Part shown: piece by piece, positions 39,520 through 49,230 of the stretch | How the letters are laid out: the number at the start of each line of letters is the position of its first letter | Position numbering within the stretch: the first letter of the stretch is position 1 | From: Desulfatiglandales bacterium | Lineage (GTDB): Bacteria; Desulfobacterota; DSM-4660; Desulfatiglandales; Desulfatiglandaceae | Length of the DNA stretch: 64,000 bases | Assembly (NCBI GenBank): GCA_963662465.1 | Contig: OY759599.1 | Location: 4,608,001 to 4,672,000 of the forward strand | Direction: 5' to 3' | Notes under the pieces: generated by a model | What the model was told of the DNA's origin: nothing | Seen by the model: the letters and a program-made list of their open reading frames with translations, nothing else | Databases searched by the model: none | Position numbers and translations under genes: made by a program

Positions 39520-40692
39520 TTACTGGTTACCGGATACTGGTTGTCGCTCAGCGGGAAGAAGAAGGGTCACCGTGGTTCCCTCCCCCTCCCTGGATGTCAC
39601 TCCCAGGCTTCCTTTATGGTTTTTAACGATGCCATAGGCGGTGGTGAGCCCCAGACCCATCCCTTTCTGAGAACCCCTCCGCTTGCTCGAAAAATAGGGA
39701 TCCATAACTCTGGGCAGATTCTCCTTGGAAATGCCGGACCCTTTGTCCTCGATGGTCACCGCCACATAAGGCCCCGGCGCCAGATGAAACACCTCATTTT
39801 CCGTTTCCAATGTCACATTCCGGGCCTTTATCTCCAGAACGCCCCCTTCCGGCATGGCTTCGTATCCGTTGGTGCAGACATTGGTGAAAACATGCACCAT
39901 CTGACCATGATCAAAGACCGCGGGCCAGAGATCATCGGGCATCCGCAAGGCAACACGGCCTTGGAACTTCTCCGCACAACGGTTGACGCACTCCTCGATA
40001 ACCGGCCCAAGGGAGCTGGTTCTGAAGTAGGGCATGCTCCCTTTGGAGATCTCCAGAAACCGCCGGGTCAGGTCCTTCATCTGCAAGGCCGCATTGTATG
40101 CCATGGTCAGGTTTTCATGTGCCCTGTTTTCATGGCCCGGTGTCCCCGGTTCCATATCCATCAGGACGAGATCCATATAACCCATGATCCCGGCAAGAAG
40201 GTTATTGTAATCGTGGGCGATCCCTCCGGCAAGGATACTGAGGGTTTCGAACTTTTCGGTTCTGAGCACCTCCTGTTGCATGGCCTTCAGGGCCTCTTCC
40301 GCCTGTTTTCGATCCAGGGCATACCGGATGGAGCGTTCCAGAAGCGTTCCCCGAAGCTCGGTTTTATCCAGAAAGTCCGCTGCTCCGGCCGCCATGGCGG
40401 CCATGTCCACGTCCCGGTCTCCCTGCCCCGTCAGCAGAATAAGCGGGGACTTGCAGCCCAATGCCCCGGCCTCCCGCAGCAGTTCCAGCCCGTTTCCGGC
40501 CCCCAGACGGTAATCCAGCAAATAGACATGATGCCGACATGCTTCGATCTCCTGGAGACCTTCCTCATAGGTGGACACCCAGTCCACCTCAAAAACCCCA
40601 TGAGCGGTTTCCAGAATCAGATCGCGCACCAATACGAAATCGTCTTCATCATCGTCCACCACAAGAATCTTTATGATATCTTCACCCATCAT
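39520..40692 (-). CDS. REC-histidine kinase
   Basis: ILVVDDDEDD, LLDYRLG, AGGIAHDYNN, GMGLGL; start placed at 40692 after GGAG. Confidence 0.9.
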   Translation of the reverse strand: MMGEDIIKILVVDDDEDDFVLVRDLILETAHGVFEVDWVSTYEEGLQEIEACRHHVYLLDYRLGAGNGLELLREAGALGCKSPLILLTGQGDRDVDMAAMAAGAADFLDKTELRGTLLERSIRYALDRKQAEEALKAMQQEVLRTEKFETLSILAGGIAHDYNNLLAGIMGYMDLVLMDMEPGTPGHENRAHENLTMAYNAALQMKDLTRRFLEISKGSMPYFRTSSLGPVIEECVNRCAEKFQGRVALRMPDDLWPAVFDHGQMVHVFTNVCTNGYEAMPEGGVLEIKARNVTLETENEVFHLAPGPYVAVTIEDKGSGISKENLPRVMDPYFSSKRRGSQKGMGLGLTTAYGIVKNHKGSLGVTSREGEGTTVTLLLPAERQPVSGNQ

Positions 40693-40732
40693 TTTCTCCA
40701 AACCGTCGTTCAATTTCCACTGTTCGTTGTTC

Positions 40733-40766
40733 ATCAATCGCCAATCAACAATCATCAATCATCAAC
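40733..40766. repeat. Heptamer tandem repeat (AACAATC orientation)
   Basis: atcaatc gccaatc aacaatc atcaatc atcaac. Confidence 0.8.
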
Positions 40767-41210
40767 GGTAGGCAGCTGAACAATCTGGACCCAGTATTTG
40801 TCCAGAGCCCCCAGGGTCTCCACCAGGCCTTCAAAGGTTACCGGTTTGGTGATGAAAGAGCTGGCGCCCAGATCGTAGGACATCAAGATATCCCGCTCGG
40901 CCTGGGAGGTGGTGAGTACAATCACCGGAATCCCGCGAAGCTTGGGATCCGCCTTGATAATTTTCAACGCCTCGCGACCGTCCATGCGCGGCATATTCAG
41001 ATCCAGGAGAATGATGTCCGGCCGGGGGTATTTTTTCAAATCGTCGTATTTCCCCCGCCGGTTCAGGTAATCCAGCAGCTCCTCGCCATCCTCCACGAAT
41101 GCCAGACTATTGGCGACGCGCTTTTCCTCGAAAGCCTCGGCCACCAGCATGCGATCATCGGCATCGTCTTCCGCCATCAGGATATGAATAACCTTGCACT
41201 GCTCGTTCAT
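40755..41210 (-). CDS. Single-domain response regulator, Rcp1-like
   Basis: LLDLNMPRMDGRE, LTTS.AE.DI..SYDLGA.SFI.KPV, YW. Confidence 0.92.
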   Translation of the reverse strand: MNEQCKVIHILMAEDDADDRMLVAEAFEEKRVANSLAFVEDGEELLDYLNRRGKYDDLKKYPRPDIILLDLNMPRMDGREALKIIKADPKLRGIPVIVLTTSQAERDILMSYDLGASSFITKPVTFEGLVETLGALDKYWVQIVQLPTVDD

Positions 41211-41228
41211 TTGTCAGCTCCTATGGTT

Positions 41229-41357
41229 GATTGTCGATTGTTGATTGTTGATTGTTGATTGGTGATTGGTGATTGGTGATTGTTGATTGAAGCGACTGCC
41301 GGCGCCTGATCGCCCATTTTCTACTGTTCGTCAATCGACAATCATCAATCGACAATC
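41229..41357. repeat. Inverted pair of heptamer arrays
   Basis: Nine GATTGTT-type units at 41229-41290 and four reverse units at 41330-41357. Confidence 0.88.
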
Positions 41358-43543
41358 CTGTGGGGAAGGTCCACCTCAAAGGCTGACCCCACCCCCGGTT
41401 TCGATGTCACCGTAATGCGACCCCCGTGGACCTCCACAATCCTTCGGCAAATGGCAAGGCCCATGCCGACGCCCCCGTACCTGCCCATGGGGTGGAGCCG
41501 CTGAAAAGGCTCAAAGATTCGGTCTTTGTACTTCTCATCAAATCCGATGCCATTGTCCTCAACCGTTATCCGGCAATGGCCGCCGATTTCAAGGGCAAAT
41601 ACCTTGACCATCGGTGAAACCCCATCCCGCGCGAACTTGAACGCGTTGTCCATGAGGTGATGAAAGAGGTTCGTGATCCGTAATGCGTCTCCCTCAAGAA
41701 AGGGCAAATCCCCGATCTCCACGCACCCTCCCAGCCCCTTGTATCGGTTTTCAGCCAGCTCCAATGACACCTCCCTTACCAAACGGTCCATATCAACCGT
41801 CACCCATGAAAGGGAACCGGATCGAATACGGGAAAAGAGCAAAAGGCTATTGAGCATTTTCCGCATGCGGTCCGTGGACCGCTGCATGCGATCGATGTAG
41901 TCCTTTCCTTTTAGGCCCAGTTCGTTTGAATATCCCTTTTTCAGGCGATCCCCAAAGGTCCGCACCTTGCGAAGAGGCTCCTGCAAGTGGTGAGAGGCGG
42001 CAAAGGTAAGGTGCTCCAGTTCCTGATTGGTCCGGGTCAGTTCAAACATGGCCCTTTCCAGTTTTTTCTGGGTCTCTTTCTGCTGGGAAATATCCACTCC
42101 CACACCCACCAGACCCATTTTTTCGCCCACATCAAAACGTCTTCCCGTCAAATGGAAGGGGCTTTTCTTCCCGTCCTTTGAGAGAAAGGAGGCCTCCGTA
42201 GAGGCTTCCCCTTCACGAAACACCTCTTCAATGGAATTTGCCACCCGTTTTCCCTCTTCAGGGTCGAACAATTGGACGGGGTTTGCCTTTGACATCTCAT
42301 CTGCGGTAAGGCCGCAGACTTTTTCCAAATTTCTGTTCCAGCGGAGCAATTTCCCCTGACGATCAAAATGATAAAATACGCCGGGCATGCTCTCGATGAG
42401 GGAATCCCTGAACCGTTTTTCTTGAAACAGGGCCGTTTCCTTCTCCATCCGTTCAATATTCTCCATTTCCAAAGAGGCAATGGTTTTTTGAAGCGATTGG
42501 GTCATCGCATTAAAAGACTGGGCCAATTCACCGAATTCATCCGTCCGGTCCAGTTCAAGGGGGTCCCCCAGATCTCCCGCCTCGATTTTCCGGGCCTTTC
42601 GGGCCAGCACTTCGAGAGGCTTCACGATAAGCCGGTGGGTCATCAACCCCATCAGGACCACCGCTGCCAGGGCCAGGGCAAAAACGATCCCCAGCTTCCA
42701 TAAGAGCACGTAGGTGGGCTTGAGGATCTCCCTTTGTGACTTTTCCGTAATCACATGAAAGACCCGGTTGCCGAAGGGGACCGCCTCACTGGCCATTACC
42801 ACCTCATCCCCATGGAGTCCCAGAACGATCTTTTCGCTCGAAGGCGGAAGAGTGAACCCCGTGCCCCTGAGCACCACTGATGGGTCGGCGTGGGCAACGA
42901 TGCGGTTTCCGTCCGTCATATAAATCACCCCCCCGGGACCGGCATGAATCTGATCGATCACATGCCACATCTCCTTAAGGCGGATCTCCGCCAGAAGCAC
43001 GGCCCAGAGCTTTCCGGTCCGCACCTGCATGACGGGAAGGGCCACCCTCATTCGGGGTTCACCGGTCTCAGGATCAAACAGCACGGGGCCATGGCAGGCC
43101 CGGCCCAATGACAGCTGGGGAAGGTTCTCTTTGAGAAACGCCGTATCCGCGAAGGTTTGTCCCCTGGTAACGCAATCCCCATAAAAAGAGGCACAGCCCA
43201 GAACCTGGCCACCGGGGGTCACCAGCAGGATTTCGGCAAAGAGCGATGCATGGTTTTTGTGCTTGTGAGAAAGCAGCATGGACAGGGCCTCATCCCGCTG
43301 GGAACGATCCATGACCTCTAAATCCGCTACATCCAGGAAGATATACAGATGCTCATTTATGGACTTGAAGAACCCCGCGACTCTGGTGGATGCCATCCCG
43401 GTTGTGTTCGCCAGCTCAAGTGCGGCCTGTTCAAACCCGGACACATAGCTGTTTCGGATCACCAGCAAGCCCAGGAGAATCAACGGACCCAAAGCCAGTG
43501 CGGCGAAAATCAGTCGGAATTTTGTTCTCACGCTTCCTTTCAT
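41345..43543 (-). CDS. Cache-HAMP-PAS sensor histidine kinase (Cph1-like transmitter)
   Basis: AASHHLQEPLRK, IFEPFQRLH, GVGMGLAICRRIVE. Confidence 0.92.
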   Translation of the reverse strand: MKGSVRTKFRLIFAALALGPLILLGLLVIRNSYVSGFEQAALELANTTGMASTRVAGFFKSINEHLYIFLDVADLEVMDRSQRDEALSMLLSHKHKNHASLFAEILLVTPGGQVLGCASFYGDCVTRGQTFADTAFLKENLPQLSLGRACHGPVLFDPETGEPRMRVALPVMQVRTGKLWAVLLAEIRLKEMWHVIDQIHAGPGGVIYMTDGNRIVAHADPSVVLRGTGFTLPPSSEKIVLGLHGDEVVMASEAVPFGNRVFHVITEKSQREILKPTYVLLWKLGIVFALALAAVVLMGLMTHRLIVKPLEVLARKARKIEAGDLGDPLELDRTDEFGELAQSFNAMTQSLQKTIASLEMENIERMEKETALFQEKRFRDSLIESMPGVFYHFDRQGKLLRWNRNLEKVCGLTADEMSKANPVQLFDPEEGKRVANSIEEVFREGEASTEASFLSKDGKKSPFHLTGRRFDVGEKMGLVGVGVDISQQKETQKKLERAMFELTRTNQELEHLTFAASHHLQEPLRKVRTFGDRLKKGYSNELGLKGKDYIDRMQRSTDRMRKMLNSLLLFSRIRSGSLSWVTVDMDRLVREVSLELAENRYKGLGGCVEIGDLPFLEGDALRITNLFHHLMDNAFKFARDGVSPMVKVFALEIGGHCRITVEDNGIGFDEKYKDRIFEPFQRLHPMGRYGGVGMGLAICRRIVEVHGGRITVTSKPGVGSAFEVDLPHRIVD

Positions 43544-43556
43544 TCTTCAGCTCCCA

Positions 43557-44540
43557 TCACCGGATGATTTCATCGGCCTGCTTCAGAACGGCATCGGGGA
43601 TCTGTAAACCGATCAATCCGGCCGTCTTCAGGTTGACGGCCAGAAAAAACCGGGCGCGTTCCACGGGGAGTACGGCGGGGGATGTCCCCTTCAGAATCTT
43701 GTAGGCCAGGTGACTCAACTGCTCTCCCATGGCCTCTGCATTCAGACCGTACGACATCAATGCTCCGGCCCTGGCCCAGTCGGCCGAGTGGGTCTTGAGC
43801 GGCTTTTTGTCGTTAAGACAGGCCGCCACAAAAGGCTCAAGATAGGCCCCCCAGAAAGGGGAAGGCAACTGCCACACGGCCTGGACGTCCACCGGAATGT
43901 GCTTCAAAACGGTCAAAACATCCGCGTTGGAATGACACTCCCCGATCACCATTTCGATTTTCCGGTCGTCCGCCGCTTTTTTCAGGTCCTTCATCGTGAG
44001 AACCATGGCCTTGTCGTCGGGGTTGAAGGGGACATAGATCCGGTGCAAACCGGGAACCATTTTGGCCAGCCAGGCCAGGGCTTTGATCCCGGCGCCACCC
44101 ACATAAATGCCGGTGAAACGCCCTTCGGGCGCTTTCAGACTTCTCACCAGCCCGGCGCCCACCGGATCAGCCGCCGGCGCAAACAGGATCGGAACATCCA
44201 TCCCCTGGGTTGCCTTTTTGACCGTCAGGGTGACCGGGGTGGTCAAGGAGACGATCAGGTCGGGTTTCTCGGCAAGGATTCGTTTGACGGCCCCATCCAC
44301 CTTATCCATGCTGCCTAAAGGACCTTCGTAGAGGTAGCGGATGTTGTCGTTTTCCTGATAGCCCAATTGGGCCAGACCTGCTTTCAGACCCGCCACCGTA
44401 TCTTTCAGCACCGGGGTCACATTCACGATCCCCACAACGGCCTTGCGGGGTTTTTCCGTCCGGTCTTCGCAGGCCGCCGGTAAGACCATGAGCAGGCTGA
44501 CGGCGATGAGAAGCCTTCCTCGTGATAAGTTCATATTCAT
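43557..44540 (-). CDS. Solute-binding lipoprotein (ABC_sub_bind-like)
   Basis: Lipobox-like AAC, DPVGAGLV.SL..P, GALMSYG, VNLKTA..IGL.IP. Confidence 0.88.
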   Translation of the reverse strand: MNMNLSRGRLLIAVSLLMVLPAACEDRTEKPRKAVVGIVNVTPVLKDTVAGLKAGLAQLGYQENDNIRYLYEGPLGSMDKVDGAVKRILAEKPDLIVSLTTPVTLTVKKATQGMDVPILFAPAADPVGAGLVRSLKAPEGRFTGIYVGGAGIKALAWLAKMVPGLHRIYVPFNPDDKAMVLTMKDLKKAADDRKIEMVIGECHSNADVLTVLKHIPVDVQAVWQLPSPFWGAYLEPFVAACLNDKKPLKTHSADWARAGALMSYGLNAEAMGEQLSHLAYKILKGTSPAVLPVERARFFLAVNLKTAGLIGLQIPDAVLKQADEIIR

Positions 44541-44986
44541 TCTCCCGGAAGTTCCACGATCTGGATCCAGTATTTTCCAAGGGTCTTCACTACCTCAACC
44601 AGTCCATCGAAGGTCACCGGTTTGACGATGAACGAGTTCACCCCCAGATCATAGCTTTTCAGGATATCCTCCTCAGCCTTGGAGGTGGTCAACACCACAA
44701 CGGGAATGCGCCGAAGATTCGGATCAGCCTTGATCTCTCCCAGGGCTTCCCGACCGTCCTTTCGGGGCATGTTCAGGTCCAGGAGGATCAATCCCGGCCG
44801 GGGGGAATCGTTCGGATTCACATATTTTCCCCTGCGAAGAAGGTAGTCCATCAACTCCTCTCCATCCTCCACGAACCGCAGGTCATTGGTCAGCCGGCAC
44901 TCGTCAAAGGCATCCTGGGTCAACAGACGATCGTCCGGATCATCATCGGCCATGAGGATCATAATCGGATTTGTGGATTTATCCAT
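44537..44986 (-). CDS. Single-domain response regulator, Rcp1-like
   Basis: Close paralogue of 40755-41210. Confidence 0.92.
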   Translation of the reverse strand: MDKSTNPIMILMADDDPDDRLLTQDAFDECRLTNDLRFVEDGEELMDYLLRRGKYVNPNDSPRPGLILLDLNMPRKDGREALGEIKADPNLRRIPVVVLTTSKAEEDILKSYDLGVNSFIVKPVTFDGLVEVVKTLGKYWIQIVELPGE

Positions 44987-45071
44987 GTTTCGACGTCTCC
45001 TTTTGTTGTTGGGCGGCCGTCATTTGGTTGTCACTGCCCCCTGACGACTATCTTCCAACCTTGGCCTTCTT

Positions 45072-45120
45072 TTCAATCAACAATCATCAATCAACAATCA
45101 TCAATCAACAATCATCAATC
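45072..45120. repeat. Heptamer tandem repeat with 14-bp period
   Basis: (AACAATC ATCAATC)x3; supplies the stop codon of the upstream kinase. Confidence 0.88.
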
Positions 45121-47423
45121 CCAACGGGCAGGGTCACAATGAAGGTGGATCCCCGGCCCGGTTCACTTTTGACGGCAATGCTTCCGCCGTGCCGTTCCAC
45201 GATCTTGCGGCAGACCGTCAGCCCGATGCCCGTTCCCGGGTACTCGGATCGGCCGTGCAGCCGCTGAAACGGCTGAAAGATGCGCTCCGCATACTTTTCT
45301 TCAAACCCGATACCGTTGTCTTCCACATGGATGCGGCACAGGGCGCCCTTTTCGGACGCGTCCATAACGGCATAAATTTTCACCAGAGGCGTTACCTCCG
45401 GTCTCCGATATTTAAAGGCATTGCTCAGAAGGTTCTGCATCAATTGGCGAATCTGCGACGGATCAGCTTCAATGACCGGCAGATCCCCGATTTCAAAGAG
45501 CCCCCCGCATTCATCGATGGCCACCTCCAGATCGGAGAGTACCTTCTGTATCTCCCGTGAGAGATCCACCGGGACAAAAGTCTCTCCCTGTGTGGTGACC
45601 CGGGAAAGGGAAAGCAGGTCCTGGATCATGGTGGCCATCCTTCGACCCGCCCCCTGCATGCGGGCCAGATAATCGCGTCCTTTTTCATCTACCTGGTCTC
45701 CATATCGGGCCACGAACCGGTCTCCGAAGGCCTGGACCTTTCGCAGGGGCTCTTGAAGATCGTGAGACGCCACATAAGCGAACTGCTCCAGTTCCTGGTT
45801 AGATCGCATCAATTTTGCGGTACGATCTTCCACCATCTGTTCCAGATGCACTCGATGCTGCCGCAGTTCAGTAATGTTTTCAATGCCGGCGATCAGGTTG
45901 ACCGGCCGGCCTTCCTTATCTCGAACCAGGGAAACGGACACCTTGACCCAGACCTCGTGACCCTGTTTGTGAATCAATCGCTCCTCTCGATGGTAGTGGG
46001 GGATCTCCCCCTTCAGGAGCCGGGCCAACTGGAGCAATTCTTCCTCCAGGTCCAGGGGATGAACCAGGGATTGAAAGGGTTTTCCGATCAAAGTCTTCTC
46101 ATCATACCCCACAATCTCACAGAAGGCGCCATTGACCTGAACGAAGCAGCCATCCGTATCACCCATGACCATGCCGATGGCGGCCGTATTGAAAAAGCCG
46201 CGAAATCGTTCCTCGCTTTCCCTGAGAGCCGTCTCTTCCCGTTTTCGTTGGGCGGCCATTTCATTAAAAGCGGCGGCCAACTGCGCCATCTCATCCCTGC
46301 CCGCTACCGGTATCCGGTAATCCAGCCGGCCTTGTCCGATCTCGCCTGCGCCCCGGATCAGCTCGGCAATGGGTTTCGTGATGGAGCGGGACATGAAAAG
46401 GACGATCAGAATGGCCACCGCGATCAAAAAAAGGGAGACCACCAGTATCCGGTTTCTCAGGGAAAAAGCCGGTGCCAGCACCTCTTGAACGTCATGACCC
46501 ACCACAAGGATCCATCCCAGCCCCTGAAACCCCCGATATCCTTGGGAGCGGGCATAGGAATAGAGAATTTTTTTCCCTTCCGAATCCCCCAGAAAGGTAC
46601 CATTCTCACGCCTTATCTTCTTGAAAAACCCGGTCCCTGACAGATCTTCCAGGAATTGAAAGGCCTTGGTGCTGTAAATCAGCCTCCCGTCTTCCGTGAT
46701 CACCTGGACGCGGGTGGTTTCATATTTTTTTGTGGCCATCTCGGCCTCCCGCACAATCCCCTTGGTATCCACCACCGCCTTCATGACCCCGGCAAAGTCC
46801 CCCGTTGCATCCACAATCCTGATGCCAAGGGAGATGGCGTAGGTGCGAGAGCTTTCGTCATACGCCACATTGCCCACGGAAAACCCACTCTCCCTGGCCA
46901 CCTGCCACCAGGATTCATCATCCTGGCGGTAATCCAAAGTCTTATGGGTTTCCGCGATAACGGCGCCAAACCGATTGGTGACAAAGATCTCCCCGAAGAC
47001 CGGGTATCCATAGCGTCTCTCATAGTATTGCGCAATTTCCTTTCTGATGCTGTCGGAAAGGGGATTTTCAATCAGGCCTTTCATGAAAGGGGTGATCTCT
47101 CCCCCTGGGACCGAAACCCATGCCTTTTCTTTTCCATCAATCCATGCTGAAACATTGCCGAATTCCTCAAACTGCCGGTTGGATTCCATCAGAATCTTCT
47201 GAAACAGAAAATGAGACGTATGGACGCGAAGGGCCTCGCCCTTCAGATAGATGTCGCGGTTAATGGTTTTCAACATCTCCTCGGCCAGGAATATGGAGGT
47301 TTTGCCCACGGAATTTTCCAACGACTTCTCACCGGTATGCACCGAATAGAGGCCCATAACCGTCATAAGCAGAACAACCGGAACAAACCCGGCCAGCAGT
47401 TTAACACCTATTTTCATGTTCAT
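45105..47423 (-). CDS. dCache-HAMP-PAS sensor histidine kinase (Cph1-like transmitter)
   Basis: FAYVASHDLQEPLRK, FQRLHGRSEYPGTGIGL. Confidence 0.93.
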   Translation of the reverse strand: MNMKIGVKLLAGFVPVVLLMTVMGLYSVHTGEKSLENSVGKTSIFLAEEMLKTINRDIYLKGEALRVHTSHFLFQKILMESNRQFEEFGNVSAWIDGKEKAWVSVPGGEITPFMKGLIENPLSDSIRKEIAQYYERRYGYPVFGEIFVTNRFGAVIAETHKTLDYRQDDESWWQVARESGFSVGNVAYDESSRTYAISLGIRIVDATGDFAGVMKAVVDTKGIVREAEMATKKYETTRVQVITEDGRLIYSTKAFQFLEDLSGTGFFKKIRRENGTFLGDSEGKKILYSYARSQGYRGFQGLGWILVVGHDVQEVLAPAFSLRNRILVVSLFLIAVAILIVLFMSRSITKPIAELIRGAGEIGQGRLDYRIPVAGRDEMAQLAAAFNEMAAQRKREETALRESEERFRGFFNTAAIGMVMGDTDGCFVQVNGAFCEIVGYDEKTLIGKPFQSLVHPLDLEEELLQLARLLKGEIPHYHREERLIHKQGHEVWVKVSVSLVRDKEGRPVNLIAGIENITELRQHRVHLEQMVEDRTAKLMRSNQELEQFAYVASHDLQEPLRKVQAFGDRFVARYGDQVDEKGRDYLARMQGAGRRMATMIQDLLSLSRVTTQGETFVPVDLSREIQKVLSDLEVAIDECGGLFEIGDLPVIEADPSQIRQLMQNLLSNAFKYRRPEVTPLVKIYAVMDASEKGALCRIHVEDNGIGFEEKYAERIFQPFQRLHGRSEYPGTGIGLTVCRKIVERHGGSIAVKSEPGRGSTFIVTLPVGIDDC

Positions 47424-47457
47424 TGGCTGGTTTCCTTATTAAATCCCAAAATCGTAT

Positions 47458-48561
47458 CTACCGGAGAAACGCGATCTTCCCATCAACAATGCGGGCCGGA
47501 TGAAGGGGAATGATGATATCCCGTGTTCCGGGCTTCATTTCAATTTCCCCGAAGATCCCAGGATAGATGAACCCCGCCGCCAGCAATTTTCGAAGGCTTT
47601 CCCGGGTAATCTCCCTGCCCTCCAGGAGACCCGCCAGCAGCTTGACCATATCGTACCCGCTGGCTGCCTGATGCGTCAGCACCTTTCCATAGCGGGCATC
47701 ATATTTCTCTTTGACTTCCCGGGCAAAGAGGAAATTGTCGTTATAGATCAGGGGAGCGGGCACATAGACGCCATTCACTTCAGGGTTCCCCGCCAAAGCG
47801 GTTACGCCGGATGCGCCCAGAATATGTCCGGGGTATTCAGTCGCTTTGAGTGCCCGAATGCCCTCCTCCTCGTTCTTGACAAAGCCCACCACAAAGACGG
47901 CTTCCGTGTTTCGGATTTTGGCGATGGCCGACGTCCAATCGGGGTTTCTGATTGAAAAGGGAGCCGCGACTACGGTGCCGCCCGAAGCCTCAAACCCCTT
48001 TTTGAGAGCAGAAAAAGCAGAGATCCCGTACTCCTCATCCTGGTAAAAAATGCCCAGTTTGTGAACCTTCAAGCGTTCCAGAATAAAAAGGATCGCACGG
48101 GCTTCATCCTCCGGCATGGTATAATACTTGTAGCACCATGGGTTAACCCGGGTAAATTCCGACGTGGCCACCACCAGACCCGCAAGCACCACCTGATTTT
48201 CCCTGGCCAGGGGGGCCAGCTTCATGGCAATCGCACTGTTGGTGGCCACATAGAACAATGGATGGTTTTCCTTTTCAATGTTTTCGAAGGCCCGAGCCCC
48301 TTCCTCCGGGTCTGATTTACTGTCCCGGACGATCAATTCCATTTCCCTTCCGTTGATGCCGCCCCAGGCATTGACCTCGGATATCGCCATTTGCATCCCG
48401 TCTCTCACATCCACCAGATGAGAAGCGGGACCCGACATGGATATAATAGCCCCGATCTGAATTTTCTCTTTTTCCCACAGGCGCAGGACCAACAGCACCG
48501 GCAAAAGCACCAACAGGACCAAAACCGCGACAAGACTCCAAATCCATTTTTGTTTTCCCAT
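47458..48561 (-). CDS. Periplasmic solute-binding protein (LivJ/PBP1 family)
   Basis: IQIGAIISMSG, VNAWGGINGR.MELIVRDSKSDP. Confidence 0.88.
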   Translation of the reverse strand: MGKQKWIWSLVAVLVLLVLLPVLLVLRLWEKEKIQIGAIISMSGPASHLVDVRDGMQMAISEVNAWGGINGREMELIVRDSKSDPEEGARAFENIEKENHPLFYVATNSAIAMKLAPLARENQVVLAGLVVATSEFTRVNPWCYKYYTMPEDEARAILFILERLKVHKLGIFYQDEEYGISAFSALKKGFEASGGTVVAAPFSIRNPDWTSAIAKIRNTEAVFVVGFVKNEEEGIRALKATEYPGHILGASGVTALAGNPEVNGVYVPAPLIYNDNFLFAREVKEKYDARYGKVLTHQAASGYDMVKLLAGLLEGREITRESLRKLLAAGFIYPGIFGEIEMKPGTRDIIIPLHPARIVDGKIAFLR

Positions 48562-48590
48562 ATTTTATCCCCATCCGGCCGGACCGGCCA

Positions 48591-48974
48591 TCAGTTTGAT
48601 ACACTCTCGATGGCTCTCATCCTGTTTGCCATATGATCCAGGCTCATTTTCAGGATACTCCGATCCACCGGTTTGGCCAGATATTGATCGATCCCCTGTT
48701 TCCGGACCGCCAGTTCCAGATCCCGCGTATTAAAACCGGTCATGGCAATAATGTGGATACGGGGATTCAACATTCTGAACCCGGGAATCAGCGTATGGCC
48801 CTGGCAATCGGGCAGAAAGATATCCAGCAACACCCCATCGAAGGACCCTTCTCCCAGTTTTTTGACGGCCTCTTTGCCCGTATAGGCGTTTTCAGCCCTG
48901 TAACCCCATTTTAGAATGCGCTGTTTCAGCATTTTCCCCAGCATTGGATCATCTTCTACAATAAGGATTTTCAT
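48591..48974 (-). CDS. Single-domain response regulator
   Basis: ILIVEDD, LLDIFLPD, KP. Confidence 0.88.
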   Translation of the reverse strand: MKILIVEDDPMLGKMLKQRILKWGYRAENAYTGKEAVKKLGEGSFDGVLLDIFLPDCQGHTLIPGFRMLNPRIHIIAMTGFNTRDLELAVRKQGIDQYLAKPVDRSILKMSLDHMANRMRAIESVSN

Positions 48975-49030
48975 GAAGCGTCCTCGAAAAAAAGCGGTTT
49001 ACGGCTCAAAGCTTCCCTACACCCTATTTA

Positions 49031-49047
49031 TGCAAAAAATGGGCCGT
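49031..49047 (-). promoter_or_regulatory. Sigma54 (-24/-12) promoter
   Basis: Minus strand ACGGCCCATTTTTTGCA = GG-N10-GC with TTGCA, about 57 bp upstream of ATG 48974. Confidence 0.65.
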
Positions 49048-49136
49048 TTGTTGGCGACATAATATAACATACTGTTTACAAACGTGAATTTATAAATGAA
49101 AAGACGTGGAATTAAAAAAATGAACCATGACGATTA

Positions 49137-49220
49137 TGCCATATTTGACACAGCAGAGGAATAAAAACGGGCTAACGTATTGGAATATTGAAAGATTAAA
49201 AGACTACGCCATAAACGGCA
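49137..49220. promoter_or_regulatory. Two putative enhancer (UAS) sites
   Basis: TGCCATATTTGACA (49137-49150) and CGCCATAAACGGCA (49207-49220): similar 14-bp dyads upstream of the sigma54 motif. Confidence 0.45.
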
Positions 49221-49230
49221 TAACATCGGC

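Noticed and set aside
41229..41357. CRISPR array
   Set aside because: 7-bp tandem units without spacers; no cas genes.
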